A DNA stretch of 52,112 nt from Octopus bimaculoides (taxonomy: Eukaryota). Below, one piece after another: positions 12,406-25,421 of this stretch; position 1 is the stretch's first letter, and each line of letters opens with the position of its first letter. The stretch covers positions 5,799,713 through 5,851,824 of the forward strand of contig NC_068985.1 in assembly GCF_001194135.2 (NCBI RefSeq). Reading direction: 5' to 3'. The position numbers were made by a program, and so were the translations under genes. The notes under the pieces were generated by a model, which saw only the letters and a program-made list of their open reading frames with translations, was not told the DNA's origin and did no database searches.

Positions 12406-13119
12406 AACAATAATGATAATAATAATAATAATAATAGTAATAAATACCCTGATGAAATACCAGGCAATGGCTGTCATGGTTTCTGGTTTTCACTGATTGG
12501 AAGGATTAACATGTAAATGTTTTGTCTTGATGGGCTGCAACAAATATTCTGCTCAATAACAGATTTTCTTGTCGGTTGTTTGATCTGAATCCTTATGTGT
12601 CTTGCTGGCTGACGATATGCACATTTCTATTTATGAACAAGAGAAGCAGGGGAGCATTATAGCCATATGTTTTGAAGGGTTCTATGGGGTTTGAATAATT
12701 CACTCCTAGAAGCGTGGCTGTTTTGTTCATCATCCTTAAACAATCCTTCTAAGCAGGATGGACCACTCGACTTGAAGAAACTCCTAACTAGGCCCCCACC
12801 TTCTAGGAGATGCCTATTTATCTTGATGTGAACTCATCATGTCGCGCAGATATGGTTGTGATACATGTTACCGGTGTGGCTTTATCGGATGGGTCGTCAT
12901 GATGTGTATATTAGGCCTCCTATATTTGTTCACTAGCATCAATTTGATAGCGTCTGCTGCTCTCCCACTTATAATAATAATAATAATGATAATAATAATA
13001 TCTTCTACTGTAGATAGGAATTTTGAAGAGGGGTGGGATTAGCAGAGGCAGAGAAGGTCTTTACCTCAGTGACTCAAGATTTTCTTTTAAATCTTAATTC
13101 AGATTATCGTGTAAAATGT

Positions 13120-13480
13120 TTTGCTTTCATTCGGTTTGCAAACAACCGCCATCAGAAATATTTAATCGTCTGCTATATTATTCTACTGTAGACATACTTC
13201 TCACCTATTTCTCGATAAATTTTTCATTGAAGCAGACAATCTTTGTAGTGCCATACCTTTACCGCACTTTGATCTTTCTCCAGAGTTGACTAATATCCAG
13301 AATTTTCTTTTGATTTGCAACACTCGCAAAATATGATTTAATGTTGTTTTTACTATGGCAAATGTTTGTTCGTTTACTTCTGATATTTTTCTGCCTGTGT
13401 TTATAACTGGAATTGTTTGTTTCATTGTTTCAATGTTTCTAAAATCGATTTTCCAGTTTCTAAGTGTCTTTTTTGCATGT
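13120..13480 (-). mobile_element. Possible degraded Tc1/mariner-type transposase N-terminal fragment
   Basis: Minus strand RNIETMKQTIPVINTGRKIS...TTLNHIL resembles the ENIE.VR..I...P..S.RK.S HTH segment; NISDGG downstream resembles FSDE. Weak. Confidence 0.3.
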
Positions 13481-13574
13481 TCGCTACTTGAACAGTGATA
13501 TCCTCCTTCTACTCTGATTATATTGAATCATCACAAAGCAAACCAGAATGGATGCTTGCCAAAAATGGGTATAG

Positions 13575-13743
13575 GCGAAGACGTGGCTGGTTGGTAAGAA
13601 GCTTGCTTCGTAGCTACATTTTCAGGTTCAAGCGCAGTGTTGCATCATGGACAGGGGTCTTCTACTATAGCCTCGAGCAGACCAAAGCCTTGTGAGTGGA
13701 TTTGGTTCACGGAAACTGTAAGAAGCTCGTTCTTTATATATAT
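13575..13743 (+). mobile_element. SINE family A 5' half running into a gap
   Basis: 'ggcgaagacgtggctggttggtaagaagcttgc...tcttctactatagcctcgagcagaccaaagccttgtgagtggatttgg'. Confidence 0.85.
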
Positions 13744-14436
13744 NNNNNNNNNNNNNNNNNNNNNNNNNNNNNNNNNNNNNNNNNNNNNNNNNNNNNNNNN
13801 NNNNNNNNNNNNNNNNNNNNNNNNNNNNNNNNNNNNNNNNNNNNNNNNNNNNNNNNNNNNNNNNNNNNNNNNNNNNNNNNNNNNNNNNNNNNNNNNNNNN
13901 NNNNNNNNNNNNNNNNNNNNNNNNNNNNNNNNNNNNNNNNNNNNNNNNNNNNNNNNNNNNNNNNNNNNNNNNNNNNNNNNNNNNNNNNNNNNNNNNNNNN
14001 NNNNNNNNNNNNNNNNNNNNNNNNNNNNNNNNNNNNNNNNNNNNNNNNNNNNNNNNNNNNNNNNNNNNNNNNNNNNNNNNNNNNNNNNNNNNNNNNNNNN
14101 NNNNNNNNNNNNNNNNNNNNNNNNNNNNNNNNNNNNNNNNNNNNNNNNNNNNNNNNNNNNNNNNNNNNNNNNNNNNNNNNNNNNNNNNNNNNNNNNNNNN
14201 NNNNNNNNNNNNNNNNNNNNNNNNNNNNNNNNNNNNNNNNNNNNNNNNNNNNNNNNNNNNNNNNNNNNNNNNNNNNNNNNNNNNNNNNNNNNNNNNNNNN
14301 NNNNNNNNNNNNNNNNNNNNNNNNNNNNNNNNNNNNNNNNNNNNNNNNNNNNNNNNNNNNNNNNNNNNNNNNNNNNNNNNNNNNNNNNNNNNNNNNNNNN
14401 NNNNNNNNNNNNNNNNNNNNNNNNNNNNNNNNNNNN

Positions 14437-14508
<72 letters not shown>

Positions 14509-14559
14509 TAACTTTCTCGTATACGAGCAAAGTGATTGCTAGAAAGAATCATTGAAATG

Positions 14560-15120
14560 AGTCAATGTTGATCCATTGGGAGGCCTTTGCATGACACTTG
14601 AGGCCAGCGAAAGTTTTTCACATTCTATTACATAATGCACAGCTGTGGTGGCTGCTAGAAGAAACAGGTGTCACAATATAAACTCTTTTGACATGGCTTT
14701 TCAATCTTCCAACAGAGAGGCACACCTTTCCACCTGTTGTGAACAATAGCCGTATCACAATTTACCATTTAAGTATTGGGTATGTACCTAATAGCTCGTG
14801 AAACAGGTTCAATGCCTATTACTACCTGAGGTCATCCAGAGTATTTACACAATTGTCGCTGGATCTACCTCAGGCTCAGTACAACAGAATCAGAATCTGT
14901 CCCTCACCGTTCCTGCCCAAGGGCTTAAAACTATGGTCACTGAAAACATGCTCTACTAAAATCGAGCGAAACCTCATGTGACGTAATACCACCTGACGAG
15001 ACACGTATACACCGAGGGATGCACCACAACCAGTTGTATAGCATCCCACTCGCCAGGGTCGAAGCGATTGTTGTGACCAATGAAGTTTCTCGAATAATCC
15101 ATTTTCCGCATGTCATTTGC
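14560..15120 (-). mobile_element. Possible degraded RTE-type LINE 3' fragment
   Basis: Minus strand DPGEWDA followed by SHHSCALCNRM*KTFAGLKCHAK resembles the WE..A / C2H2-type C-terminus of RTE ORFs. Degenerate. Confidence 0.35.
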
Positions 15121-15689
15121 TATNNNNNNNNNNNNNNNNNNNNNNNNNNNNNNNNNNNNNNNNNNNNNNNNNNNNNNNNNNNNNNNNNNNNNNNNNNNNN
15201 NNNNNNNNNNNNNNNNNNNNNNNNNNNNNNNNNNNNNNNNNNNNNNNNNNNNNNNNNNNNNNNNNNNNNNNNNNNNNNNNNNNNNNNNNNNNNNNNNNNN
15301 NNNNNNNNNNNNNNNNNNNNNNNNNNNNNNNNNNNNNNNNNNNNNNNNNNNNNNNNNNNNNNNNNNNNNNNNNNNNNNNNNNNNNNNNNNNNNNNNNNNN
15401 NNNNNNNNNNNNNNNNNNNNNNNNNNNNNNNNNNNNNNNNNNNNNNNNNNNNNNNNNNNNNNNNNNNNNNNNNNNNNNNNNNNNNNNNNNNNNNNNNNNN
15501 NNNNNNNNNNNNNNNNNNNNNNNNNNNNNNNNNNNNNNNNNNNNNNNNNNNNNNNNNNNNNNNNNNNNNNNNNNNNNNNNNNNNNNNNNNNNNNNNNNNN
15601 NNNNNNNNNNNNNNNNNNNNNNNNNNNNNNNNNNNNNNNNNNNNNNNNNNNNNNNNNNNNNNNNNNNNNNNNNATATATATATATATAT

Positions 15690-15921
15690 AATGTGTATGT
15701 GTGTGTATTTCTTCGTGTCCACCCCTCACCGCAGTCTGACAACTGGTATTGGTGTGTTTACGTCCCCTTACATAGCGGTCCGGCAAAAGACACCGATTGA
15801 AGTGCTTGTCTTCACAAAAGAAAAAAAAAATGTCAATATTCGGGTTGATACATTCGTCTAAAATTTCCCTTAGGTGGCGCTCCAGCATGGCTGCAGACAA
15901 ATGACTGAAACAAGCAAAAAA
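15690..15921 (+). mobile_element. SINE family A 3' half
   Basis: 'ggtgtgtttacgtccccttacatagcggtccggcaaaagacaccga...gctccagcatggctgcagacaaatgactgaaacaag'. Confidence 0.85.
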
Positions 15922-16289
15922 TGTGTTCCAATTATCGTTGTTGATGAAAAGAATGGAAAAAAATACCTTCTCTAAAATCAGATAACCATGAAATCTGAAA
16001 GCGGTTCCATGAAATAAATTCAAGATTTCATATATATATGTATATATATATATACGCACACATAAATATAGGCATATTAAAATGGCACCGCGGGAAAACC
16101 CATTTAAATGAAAGGGTCGGGAACCACTGTTGGGAACCACTGCATTAGACCATGTGAAAGAGGGGCGAGTTCAGATACAAACGTCATGGAACGATTATCA
16201 ATAAGCTTGTGTATATAGCATACGACAGTTGAACGCTACAGATGTATATANNNNNNNNNNAGAGATAAATGAGAATGACGGGAAATTTT

Positions 16290-16435
16290 TCAATTTCTGT
16301 CTACCAAATCCACACACCATGGTCCTCCCAAGGTTATAACAAAAGACACTTGTCTAAGGCGCCACGCATCAGGACTGAATTAGGGATCATGTCATTGGGA
16401 AGGAAGCTTCTTACCACAGTTTCACCTTCGGCAAT
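16290..16435 (-). mobile_element. SINE family A 5' half
   Basis: 'tctgtctaccaaatccacac...gacacttgtctaaggcgccacgca...ggaagcttcttaccacag'. Confidence 0.8.
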
Positions 16436-17379
16436 GCAAAAGCGGAAGTGATAGGCATAAATTATTTTATTGTTCGTGTAATGAGTTAGATTCCCGGTAA
16501 TCTCAGGTTTTCTGTTCCAAATGAAAATCTGGTAAATAACTAAGACCTCGGCTATTAAGATTCTTGAGTTGTTTCATCTGGTGAGCTATTATATTGCTCT
16601 CTCATACGTTCATTTCATCTGGTGAAAAAAAAAATCTATTGAAATATTGCTGTAGCTTTTACAAAAGGGCTGCCATTTGCAACGTTTTTTTTTACTGGAG
16701 TATTATTTATGCTGCTACAACTGCGGCTGCTGTTATTATTGTATCTGATGGCTCCGGAAGCTTCAGTGAAAGTGGTAGTGGTAGTGGTAGTAATGAAAGA
16801 AGTGAACTCAATATTGTTTTTTAATGGTGGTCAGCAGAATGAAATAGAAAAGGTCTGAGTGGTAGCTTTAGCAGAGATGACATTTGTAAATGTTATTCCA
16901 GTGACTTTTCCCAAACCACCGATGATAGTGGCAAAGTTGCTTCCGTCATTGTTATTGTGTTTTTCCTCCTTAATCATTTGTGAGGCTGTTTTCATTGTCG
17001 CTAGTGTCATTCCGTGACCGCTGCAGCCGACATAGTTTTTTACATTGAAAAAAAAAAATGGAAATTGATGTTATTTCTATGTTTGTTGTTGTGGTTCATT
17101 CCGGGGCGTTGTTGTTGCTAGAATTCTCTGAAAAAGTTTTCTTTAAACCAACTCTTTTATTTTGTTTAGCAAAATCACTGATGCAGACGATGTTTTCGTG
17201 CTTGTACTGCTATCAAACTCATAATATCAGAATCATTGACATTTATTTTAAACCGTTTGTCTGCCAAGTGCAGACGATGGTGGAAAACCGCAGTGTTTCA
17301 TTTAATTAAAAGAATACCGAGGATTTTAAAAAGTTCTTCAGTAATGTTTGAAACAAACTTGGCGATTATGCTTTAAAAT

Positions 17380-17583
17380 TTTGGCATAGGGCAAACAGTA
17401 TTTGAAGGGAGGGAGAACTCGATTTGCATTGACTACAGTGCTTGACTGGTATTTAATTTATCGACTCCAAAAAGAAAAGCAAATACCAACCTCAGTTTAA
17501 TTTGCACTCAGAACGTAATGACAGATAAAACACCGCCAAGGATTTTTTTCCGGCATGCCAATTGCTCTGCCAGATTACCGTCT
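17380..17583 (-). mobile_element. SINE family B, diverged
   Basis: 'ttttggcatagggc...actggtatttaatttatcgactcc...ctcagaacgtaatgacag...ctctgccagattaccgtc'. Confidence 0.8.
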
Positions 17584-18605
17584 TATATTATCATTTAATA
17601 ATAAAAATATTGATAGTAATCTGGGATAAAAGGAAAAATATAAACAGGACCCGGGTTTCTCCGAGGAACCTTGGGTGCTGGGATCACTAAAAGATCAGCC
17701 TTTGGAGAAATGTGCAATACACAAGTTTATAGAAAATGCTTAATACAGAAAATGAATATCGGATCAGTTGCCGCCAAAATAGAAAGGTCTGTCCTTAAGC
17801 ATCCAACTACCCTGGGATGGAAAACATTGCTAATGGTTTGATTACTTACTAAAACACTGGTTGGGATGAAAGCTCTCATTGATCGGATAAAGCAAGACTA
17901 TGACCCTCCATATACACCAACCTCATACCGTAAAGCTAAAACTAAAGCAAAAACGAATTTGGAAAGAACACAAGAACGCTCTAAATGCCCTGTTATACTA
18001 CAATGTACTTTGAATTGAGGGTGACGTATGAAGAATAAACATAGTTAAACTGGGGAATAAAAGCCATAACAAAAGGCCGAATATGGATTGCAATAAATTC
18101 GTTAATGTTCACATAAATAACTTGTTGTCTGACATGGATATCAAAGACATTCAAATATATGTTTAACCCAATATTAATTCAAACGATGAAAATAATGATC
18201 CAAAATATTGTTCCATGGTAGAATTGTTCTAGTACGAAATTAACCAAATTGAGGCCGTCAATGAAATAGTCACTGATGACGATCTAATTGAGTGACTGCT
18301 GTGGAAGTGGAGATATAGAGACTGAACTTGACAATCGAAATGAAAATTTGTATGGGGAGGGGTGAATATAAAACATACTGAATTAAGTAGATTGAACCTC
18401 ACTGAATCACCTTGTCTCTGCTGCAGCCTCAATAGCACGGCCCCCGTGGCACTGTTTGGTGTCCACGTAGGACAACAGCATGGCAAAGGAAAATTAGAAA
18501 TAGAATTAATGAACTTCGATCTTATTTTGAATTATTCAAGAACATTAAGAGCAAAGTAAAGATGAAAGGACGAACATGTAAAAAGTTGTAAAGAAAATAT
18601 CGTCG

Positions 18606-18957
18606 TGGCATTCCGTCGATTGCGACGACGAGGGTTCCAGTTGATCTGATCAACAGAGCAGCCTGCTCCTAAAATTAACGTGCAAGAAGCTGAGCACTGC
18701 ACAGAGACGTGTACTCTTAGCGTAGTTCTCGGGGAGGCTGAGTGTGACACAGTGTATGACAAAGCTGGCCCCTTTGAAATGCAGGTACAGCAGAAACAGG
18801 AAAAAAGTGTGAGAGAAAGAATACACCCTGTCGGAGACTCGTGAAGCTTTAGGTGTTTTCGCTCAATAAACATTCACAACTCCCGGTCTGGGAATCGAAA
18901 CCGCGATCCTATGACCACGAGTGCACTACCCCAACCATTGGGCCATTGCGCCTCCAC
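18606..18957 (-). mobile_element. SINE family C, full length
   Basis: Minus-strand head gtggaggcgcaatggcccaatggttggg (A-box) ... ggtttcgattcccag (B-box). Closely similar to 24430-24797. Confidence 0.9.
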
Positions 18958-19204
18958 AAAAAAAATATGGCAGAAAAAGGATAAGTGAAATGGATGGCGT
19001 GATAAAAATAAAAACAAAGAAGTGAATGATCTAAACCAAAGTTACAAGTTTAAGGAGGTGGGGTGTGCTACAGAAAGGATGGAACGCGTTCGAGGTTAGC
19101 AACACCGCAACAGCTGATAAATCTGTTAAAACTCATCGAAGAGTTTTGGAAATCAGTCTGTTGTTATATCAAGGAACACAACCGTAATGCTCTCTAGATT
19201 CATC

Positions 19205-19401
19205 AACAATGCCAGCCATTTCCGAGGAGGGGATAAATCTATAACATCGACCCCAGTGCTCAACTGGGACTTATTTTATCGATTCGGAAAGAATGAAAGG
19301 CAAAGTGGACTTCAGCGGGATTTGAACTCGGAATGTAAAGACAGACGAAATACCGCTAAGTATTTTGCCCGGGGTGCTAACAGTTCTGCGATCTCGCAGC
19401 C
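19205..19401 (-). mobile_element. SINE family B
   Basis: 'atcgaccccagtgctcaactggg...gaaaggcaaagtggac...atttgaactcggaatgtaaagacagacgaaataccgctaag'. Confidence 0.88.
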
Positions 19402-19479
19402 TAAGAGATACTCAACTTATTACAAACCAAATATAATAAAATATCTTGAATATCTCAGGATTGTATCGAGAAAAATCTA

Positions 19480-21371
19480 CGAAATGAAATTCACATGGAA
19501 GAAATAGAATCTCAAATTTCTGTCCGAAAAGTTTCCCGCAATCCCACAAGAGACTGACTCATCTGAACAGTAACATTAGGCATGGCCCTTGGAAAATACC
19601 TCCTTGGCTAGCAGTTAGAGTAATTTAATCTCCCAGAAGATGAAACTAATAGCCGCCGCCACCAAAATATTGGTTAATAGTACTAACATCTATCACTATT
19701 GATTGCATATTAACTCTTCCCGATGGATAACAAAATATTCCCCAACGAACAGAAAGGATTTAAACGGGATTCGTATCAATATAAAGACCAGGTTTTAATC
19801 AATACAATGATATTAGAGGATTACCATAAATGGTACAAAAATCTTTCTATTGCATGGATTGATTACAAAAAAAAAAGCGTTTGATAGCCTTCTCCATATT
19901 GATATTGGGAAATACTTGGAAATCTATAAAATCTCATCGGTTATGGTGATTTTCTGTCGATGCTCTAGGAGAAAATTCTATATCGGGATTCAGACGCAGG
20001 TATTGTGAATGATGGCGACATTGATAAAAACTGCAACATTTGAAGGTGATTCTGTATCACCTGTCGTCTTTTGCATATCTTTCTGTCTTTCATTCCGTTA
20101 AGTAAGTTGTCAAATGACAGAAGACATGGATGGCGAGTATTCTAAAAAAAAAAAAAAGACCTTTACATAGAAGTTTTCTGCAAAAACTGTAACGGCTTTA
20201 GCCTTTAGTAGTAGAATTTAGTGACAATATTGGAAAGGGGTTCGGCGTAGATAAATGTGCCAAGGAAAACTTGTAAAACCTGCATTGTACGGCCGGAGAA
20301 GTGTATAACAAATAATCAAAGAATTAGATTCTAGAACTCTACAAATTTTGGGTGTGTGTGCGTGCGCGAGACAGGTAATGGCATCCAGCACCTAGAAATG
20401 CACGAGAAAATTCGGAATAAAAGTTTTCGAAGAATTAGCGCTATCCTAAAGATCGAACGTAATGCCAGAAACGGGATTGATGCCATCAATAATCTGGTTA
20501 TAATTGCTATGATTTACAGCTTTAATATTACAATGCAACGCATGCATCGCACAAAGGAAGATGTAGATACACTACACATCCCAAGAGAACATGGACTGAT
20601 GCAGCTGCAATTCTCTCAAAAGGCAGCAACCACAAGGAGATTTAAGGCAGTAATGGTAAATACTCATCAAAGGCCAGCGATGCTTATGTTGACAAAAATA
20701 TGACACATTAATAGCTGTTTGCGTCTGGACTAAGTGAGAGACAGTGATTCATTATAATAACTTAGGATCAGTGTTTGCCCCTTATAAAACACCAAAGTCA
20801 ATACACTAACAAACGGCCCTGATACGTCCTGCTACATTTGTTGTAGAGCCAAAGAAACAATTGGCCACCTCACCCTCTGGCTTATATTATTTTCCAGTGA
20901 GACTTGAACACGTCTTGTTTGTGCATGAGCATATCGGATGCCAGTAGGTTTCAGGGATCATCATGTAAGAAAATGGACTATTTCGGGGCTTGCTTCACGA
21001 CAACTTTACTGCGCATCAGCCCCTGATCACTGATGTGAGGCCCCAACAACTGTTTCAATTGACTATTATTCAACCTGAAGAGAATGCTGCCTTAAATATT
21101 CTTACTGATAAATGGCAAGAAAAGACTCAATGGCAAAAACCCAAAGAGAGCTAATAATCTTTCCTCCTCTAGGCACAAGACCCGAAATTTTGGGGAGGGG
21201 CCAGTCGATTAGATCGAGTCCAGTACGCAACTGGTACTTAATTTATCGACTCAGAAATGATGAATGGCAAAGTCGACCTCGGAGGAATTTGAAATCAGAA
21301 CGCAAAGACAAGAAATACTGCTAAGAATTTCGTCCGACGTGCTAACCACTCTGCCAGCTGGCCGCATTGAA

Positions 21372-21417
<46 letters not shown>

Positions 21418-21470
21418 NNNNNNNNNNNNNNNNNNNNNNNNNNNNNNNNNNNNNNNNNNNNNNNNNNNNN

Positions 21471-21527
<57 letters not shown>

Positions 21528-22090
21528 AATAATGCTGATGTGGACAAAGCCCTTATCCATCAATGGTTAGTATCTTCTCGCAAAAATAAGAGACAGAAGG
21601 GTTTATCATAGCAGCCCAAGATCTATGCCTGCGTACAAGAAGCTACGAGGCCAAGATTTTAAAGATCGGCAGTAGCCCAATATGTCGTGTATGTAAACAG
21701 CAAAATGAAACCATCGATCATGTCTCTATGTGCAGTCTTCTTGCGCCCACAGAGTATCTCAACAGGCATGATAGAGCAGCACAGTATAATCACTGGGTTT
21801 TTGCACAGACTTGGACCTGCCCCATGATAAAAATGATAAGAGTACAAACCACCTCCAGTGCTTGAAAATGATCACATCTCACCCTTTTGGAATTTTCCCG
21901 TCCAAGCTGATCGAAAGATAGATGCAAATAGGCCATACATTATATTGAAGTATTTCAGAAAAAGATCATGCCCCCGCATCGATACGACTGCCCCAATCGA
22001 CATAGGTGTATCTGTCAAGACCTACCCAAAACTGAGCATGTATAAAGATCTTGAAATAGAATTTGGCAAAATGAGGAATAAAACAATATC
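19480..22090 (+). mobile_element. Degraded R4/Dong-clade non-LTR retrotransposon (RT, CCHC, restriction-like endonuclease), interrupted by a SINE, (GA)n and a gap at 21159-21525
   Basis: Fragments EQKGFKR...KDQVLINTMILED...NLSIAWIDYKK.AFDS, FEGDSVSP, AILKIERNARNGIDAINN, EGFIIAAQD, CRVCKQQNETIDHV...C...EYLNRHDR and DRKIDANRP...KLSMYKDLEIE. Confidence 0.85.
21159..21365 (-). mobile_element. SINE family B inserted in the R4 element, 13 bp target-site duplication
   Basis: GAGAGCTAATAAT at 21146-21158 and 21521-21533 flanks the SINE plus (GA)n. Confidence 0.88.
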
Positions 22091-22092
22091 TG

Positions 22093-23131
22093 TTGTTATA
22101 TGGGCATAGAATTGCCAAACGGGGAGCGAATGGAGGACCCAGATGATGATGGGATCCTGCAGCTGGACAATATCTTGCACAGAGAAATGAAAAACAAGGT
22201 CACCATTGCATATTTCAAGCGCCTCAAACTTCTCTTGAAATCGAAGCACAACTCAAAGAACCTTGTGATTGCCTTCAACATATGGGCTGTTGCTGTAGTC
22301 CGCCATAGTGCACCCATTCTTAAATGGACACAAGCAGAGATTAACCAACTCGATCGCACTACCCGAAAGGCAATGAAAATGCATGGTTTTCTCCACCCTA
22401 AGGTAAATGTACACAGGCTTTAAATGAAGAGAGGTGAGGGTGACCGTGAGCTGATTAGCTTACGGGAGTGCATCAGCAGTGAAAGAAGAAACATGGCAAA
22501 ATATTTGGTAAACAGCAAACGAGACCTGATACAGTATACCGCTAGTACAGGAGTTAATAAAATTTATATTTTACTCCAGTGTTACTTTGATAGCATGCAC
22601 TGCTCTCTCACTCAATAATAATGTGATAGAATAATTGGTCAAGAAGACCAGATATTTTAGCTGTCAACAAGAAAGAAATAGGCCCAAATTATCGATATCT
22701 CTATTCCAGGCGATAGGAGAATACAAGATAAAGAACATGAGCAGATGGAGAAGTATGAACCACTGAAAGCTGAGACTGGAAAGTTGTTGGTGGGGTGAAG
22801 TAGGTGTTAGTGATTGCAATGGTGACAGGAATATTTCAGTGGTGATGGAAACATTGGTTTGCATATCAGACAATTTCGAGGAATGAAAATAAAATCAGAA
22901 TTGATACAAAGCTACAGTTCATGCGAAAGACAACATTTCTTTGTATACCAAAGATTTTAAGGAAAGTTTTATCTATGGAAGGCACAAGCGCGGAAGCAGT
23001 TAGGGACGCTTGTCAGGTTGTTTTCGACTGACCCCTACCGTGACCGCTGGATCGTTTAACATCTAATCGTCTGAGATTTATAGAGATGAAATGATGATGA
23101 TGATGATGATAATAATAATAATAATAATAAT
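22093..23131 (+). mobile_element. Second, 5'-truncated R4/Dong-like element (RT thumb plus RLE endonuclease, internal deletion, (ATG)n(AAT)n tail)
   Basis: ORF 22100-22423 GILQLDNILHREMKNKV...LLLKSKHNSKNLVIAFNIWAVAVVRHS...DRTTRKAM; then CDRII..RRPDIL...IIDISIPGDRRIQDKEHEQMEKYEPLK (PD..D/E-K nuclease). Confidence 0.85.
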
Positions 23132-23719
23132 ACGCAAGTACTCTAAATTAAAACGCAATCTGCAAATACGGCAAGATAAATGCTTTTGAAAACTCACAAC
23201 TAATATTACAATCTACAGTGCCTTCTGGAGAGGATTAAATCAGAGCCAGTAATACACTGCAAAAGACATTCTACAGCGAAATTAGCTTTGTGTGTGTTGA
23301 CAAAATAAACCCTTATTATCATATATCCAATTTTAGTTATTCTTTCTCTACAATATTGACGTAGACATTTAGACGGCTGTATTAATTGGTTTGGAATGGC
23401 TCTGTCTGTCTGTATGTCTATGTTTTCTTTATCTAGAGAGATGTACAACAACAAAAAAAAAAGCCAAACAAAAATGCTAAATGGTGTTTTTCATATTTTC
23501 ACTAATATTTGCTGATTGTAGTTTTGCTAAATTCTTTTGTTTCCTTCGCCACGGAGAATTCAGATGATCTGCAGAATTCTCAATGAATCTCTTATAGCTT
23601 CTATTCTCATGACACTTTCGGTAATTTCCTTTATTTTCAGACTTGTGATAATGGAATCTACCATTGTTCCAAATTTTGCTTTGTATTGTAAATAAAATAT
23701 TGATATTGATTCTGGTTTC

Positions 23720-24370
23720 CTAATATAAGTACTCGAGAGGTTATTTTCTCCACTCTTGGTGGCGCTTCGTCCTTCATTGCTAAGGTTTGCTTTCGCGATC
23801 TATGCATTTTGAAAAAAAAAAAATTATATTTATCTCAGATTTGATACTAATTTCTTTTTTCTGGCGCCATTTCTATTACTATAGAAATTTATGAAGAATC
23901 GCTTAGTGCATTAGTTTCGTTTTATACTGAAATTCCAGCATTATTATGTCCCATTTTCAATGACATAGCCTAACTCCATCTTTCACAAAATAACTAATTG
24001 CTACACTTGTGAATTGCCTCCCTTGATTTCACAAGACATCAATTACTTTGAAGTTCAGAGTCATGCAAAGAGCTCTTGAGAAGGTTTTAACCATAAGTGC
24101 CATACTGAAGTTGATTCATGAGTTTCCCGTAATTTTTATTACTTTATAAATATCCACTGTCGGAGCCTGGAAATTTCACAGTAGAAACCTACACGCCTCT
24201 CCACATGTCGTCACTTTGTTGCATCCAACATTATAGTCTCGTACCAGCTACAATCCCTAGTTATTTTTCCCAAAACAATTGCGTTCTGGAATCTCTTCCC
24301 TACTCATACCATTGTGTCGTATAAATTGGTCACAGTTTAAACATCATATTGACGATATAAAATTCACTAG
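23720..24370 (+). mobile_element. Degraded CR1/Jockey-group LINE 3' fragment
   Basis: GGAS near 23760 and FPKTIAFWNLFP near 24270-24300 match the C-terminal FFPRT..LWNSLP motif. Confidence 0.55.
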
Positions 24371-24429
24371 CTTCCGAGGTCATGCCCCAAAAACTCTGAC
24401 AGGAGCCCTAACCTTCTTCCAGACGTAGT

Positions 24430-24797
24430 CCTGGCACGCCGGTTACGACGACAAGGGTTCCAGGTGATCCGATCAACGGAACAGCCTGCTCGTAAAATTA
24501 TCGTGCAAGTGGCTGAGCACTGCACAGACACGTGTACCCTTAATGTAGTTCTCAGGGATATTCAGCGTGACACAGTGTGACAAGGCTGACCCTTTGAAAT
24601 ACAGGTACCATAGAAATAGAGTGAGAGGACGTTGTCGTGAAAGAGTACAGCAGGGTTTGCCACCACTTCCTGCCGGAGCTCGTGGAACTTTAGGTGTTTT
24701 TGTTCAATAAACACTCACAACGCCCGGTCTGTGAATCGAAACCGCGATCCCACGACCGCGAGTCCTCTGCTTAGCCACCGAGCCATTGCGCCTCCAC
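24430..24797 (-). mobile_element. SINE family C, full length, 12 bp target-site duplication
   Basis: TCCAGACGTAGT at 24418-24429 and 24798-24809; tRNA-like A and B boxes on the minus strand. Confidence 0.93.
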
Positions 24798-25344
24798 TCC
24801 AGACGTAGTAGGTAAAATAAAACAGCAATATTCGTCAGTTTAGTTTCAACTTTAGATTTCCCTTGTATAACAGATTTGTCAAACCTGTTCAGCAAATGAA
24901 ATAGCACCACAAGTTTCGTACATATAATACAGAATACTAAACAAAATAAACAAACTTAAATAATTAAAATTAGTGAAATACTTAATAATGAGCTAGGAAT
25001 TCTTGCAGAGTACCCAAACTTGATTAAGCTCGGAAATTTGGAAGTAGAATGAAGCGAACAGGATTTATCAAAATTTAAAAAAAATCATATCCATGCATTT
25101 TTTATTATTTCAGAAATAATTTCCTGATGATATAACGGAACAATTCTCTAAATTTTATATCCGACCAATTTGCAAAACTTCACAATTATTTGAATTGATC
25201 TATTCGTATAATTTTCTCTTCAGCTTTTGTAACTCTCTACTCCTTGAATACTGCTGAAATAGACGGACTACGCACGACTGATTTTCAGTTAAGGATTGAA
25301 TATTTTCATATTTGCTGCTTCACGACTCAGTGATTTCTCATACA

Positions 25345-25421
25345 CATACATACGCACATATATACATAAGCAAATACATACATATATACATACATACATA
25401 CATACATACATACATACATAC
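25345..25421. repeat. (TACA)n microsatellite
   Basis: Directly visible. Confidence 0.9.

Noticed and set aside
13628-16140. Long ORFs (200-388 aa) in the track, and similar ones at 40179-40805, 42430-42963 and 43470-44028
   Set aside because: They read through N-gaps and microsatellites and have no real coding content.
16119-16142. Tandem 'gggaaccactg', resembling a hAT terminal repeat
   Set aside because: No partner TIR or TSD is visible (it may lie in a gap).
17630-18230. Coding-like stretch, considered as a viral or transposon remnant
   Set aside because: Stops in all frames and no motif I can identify.
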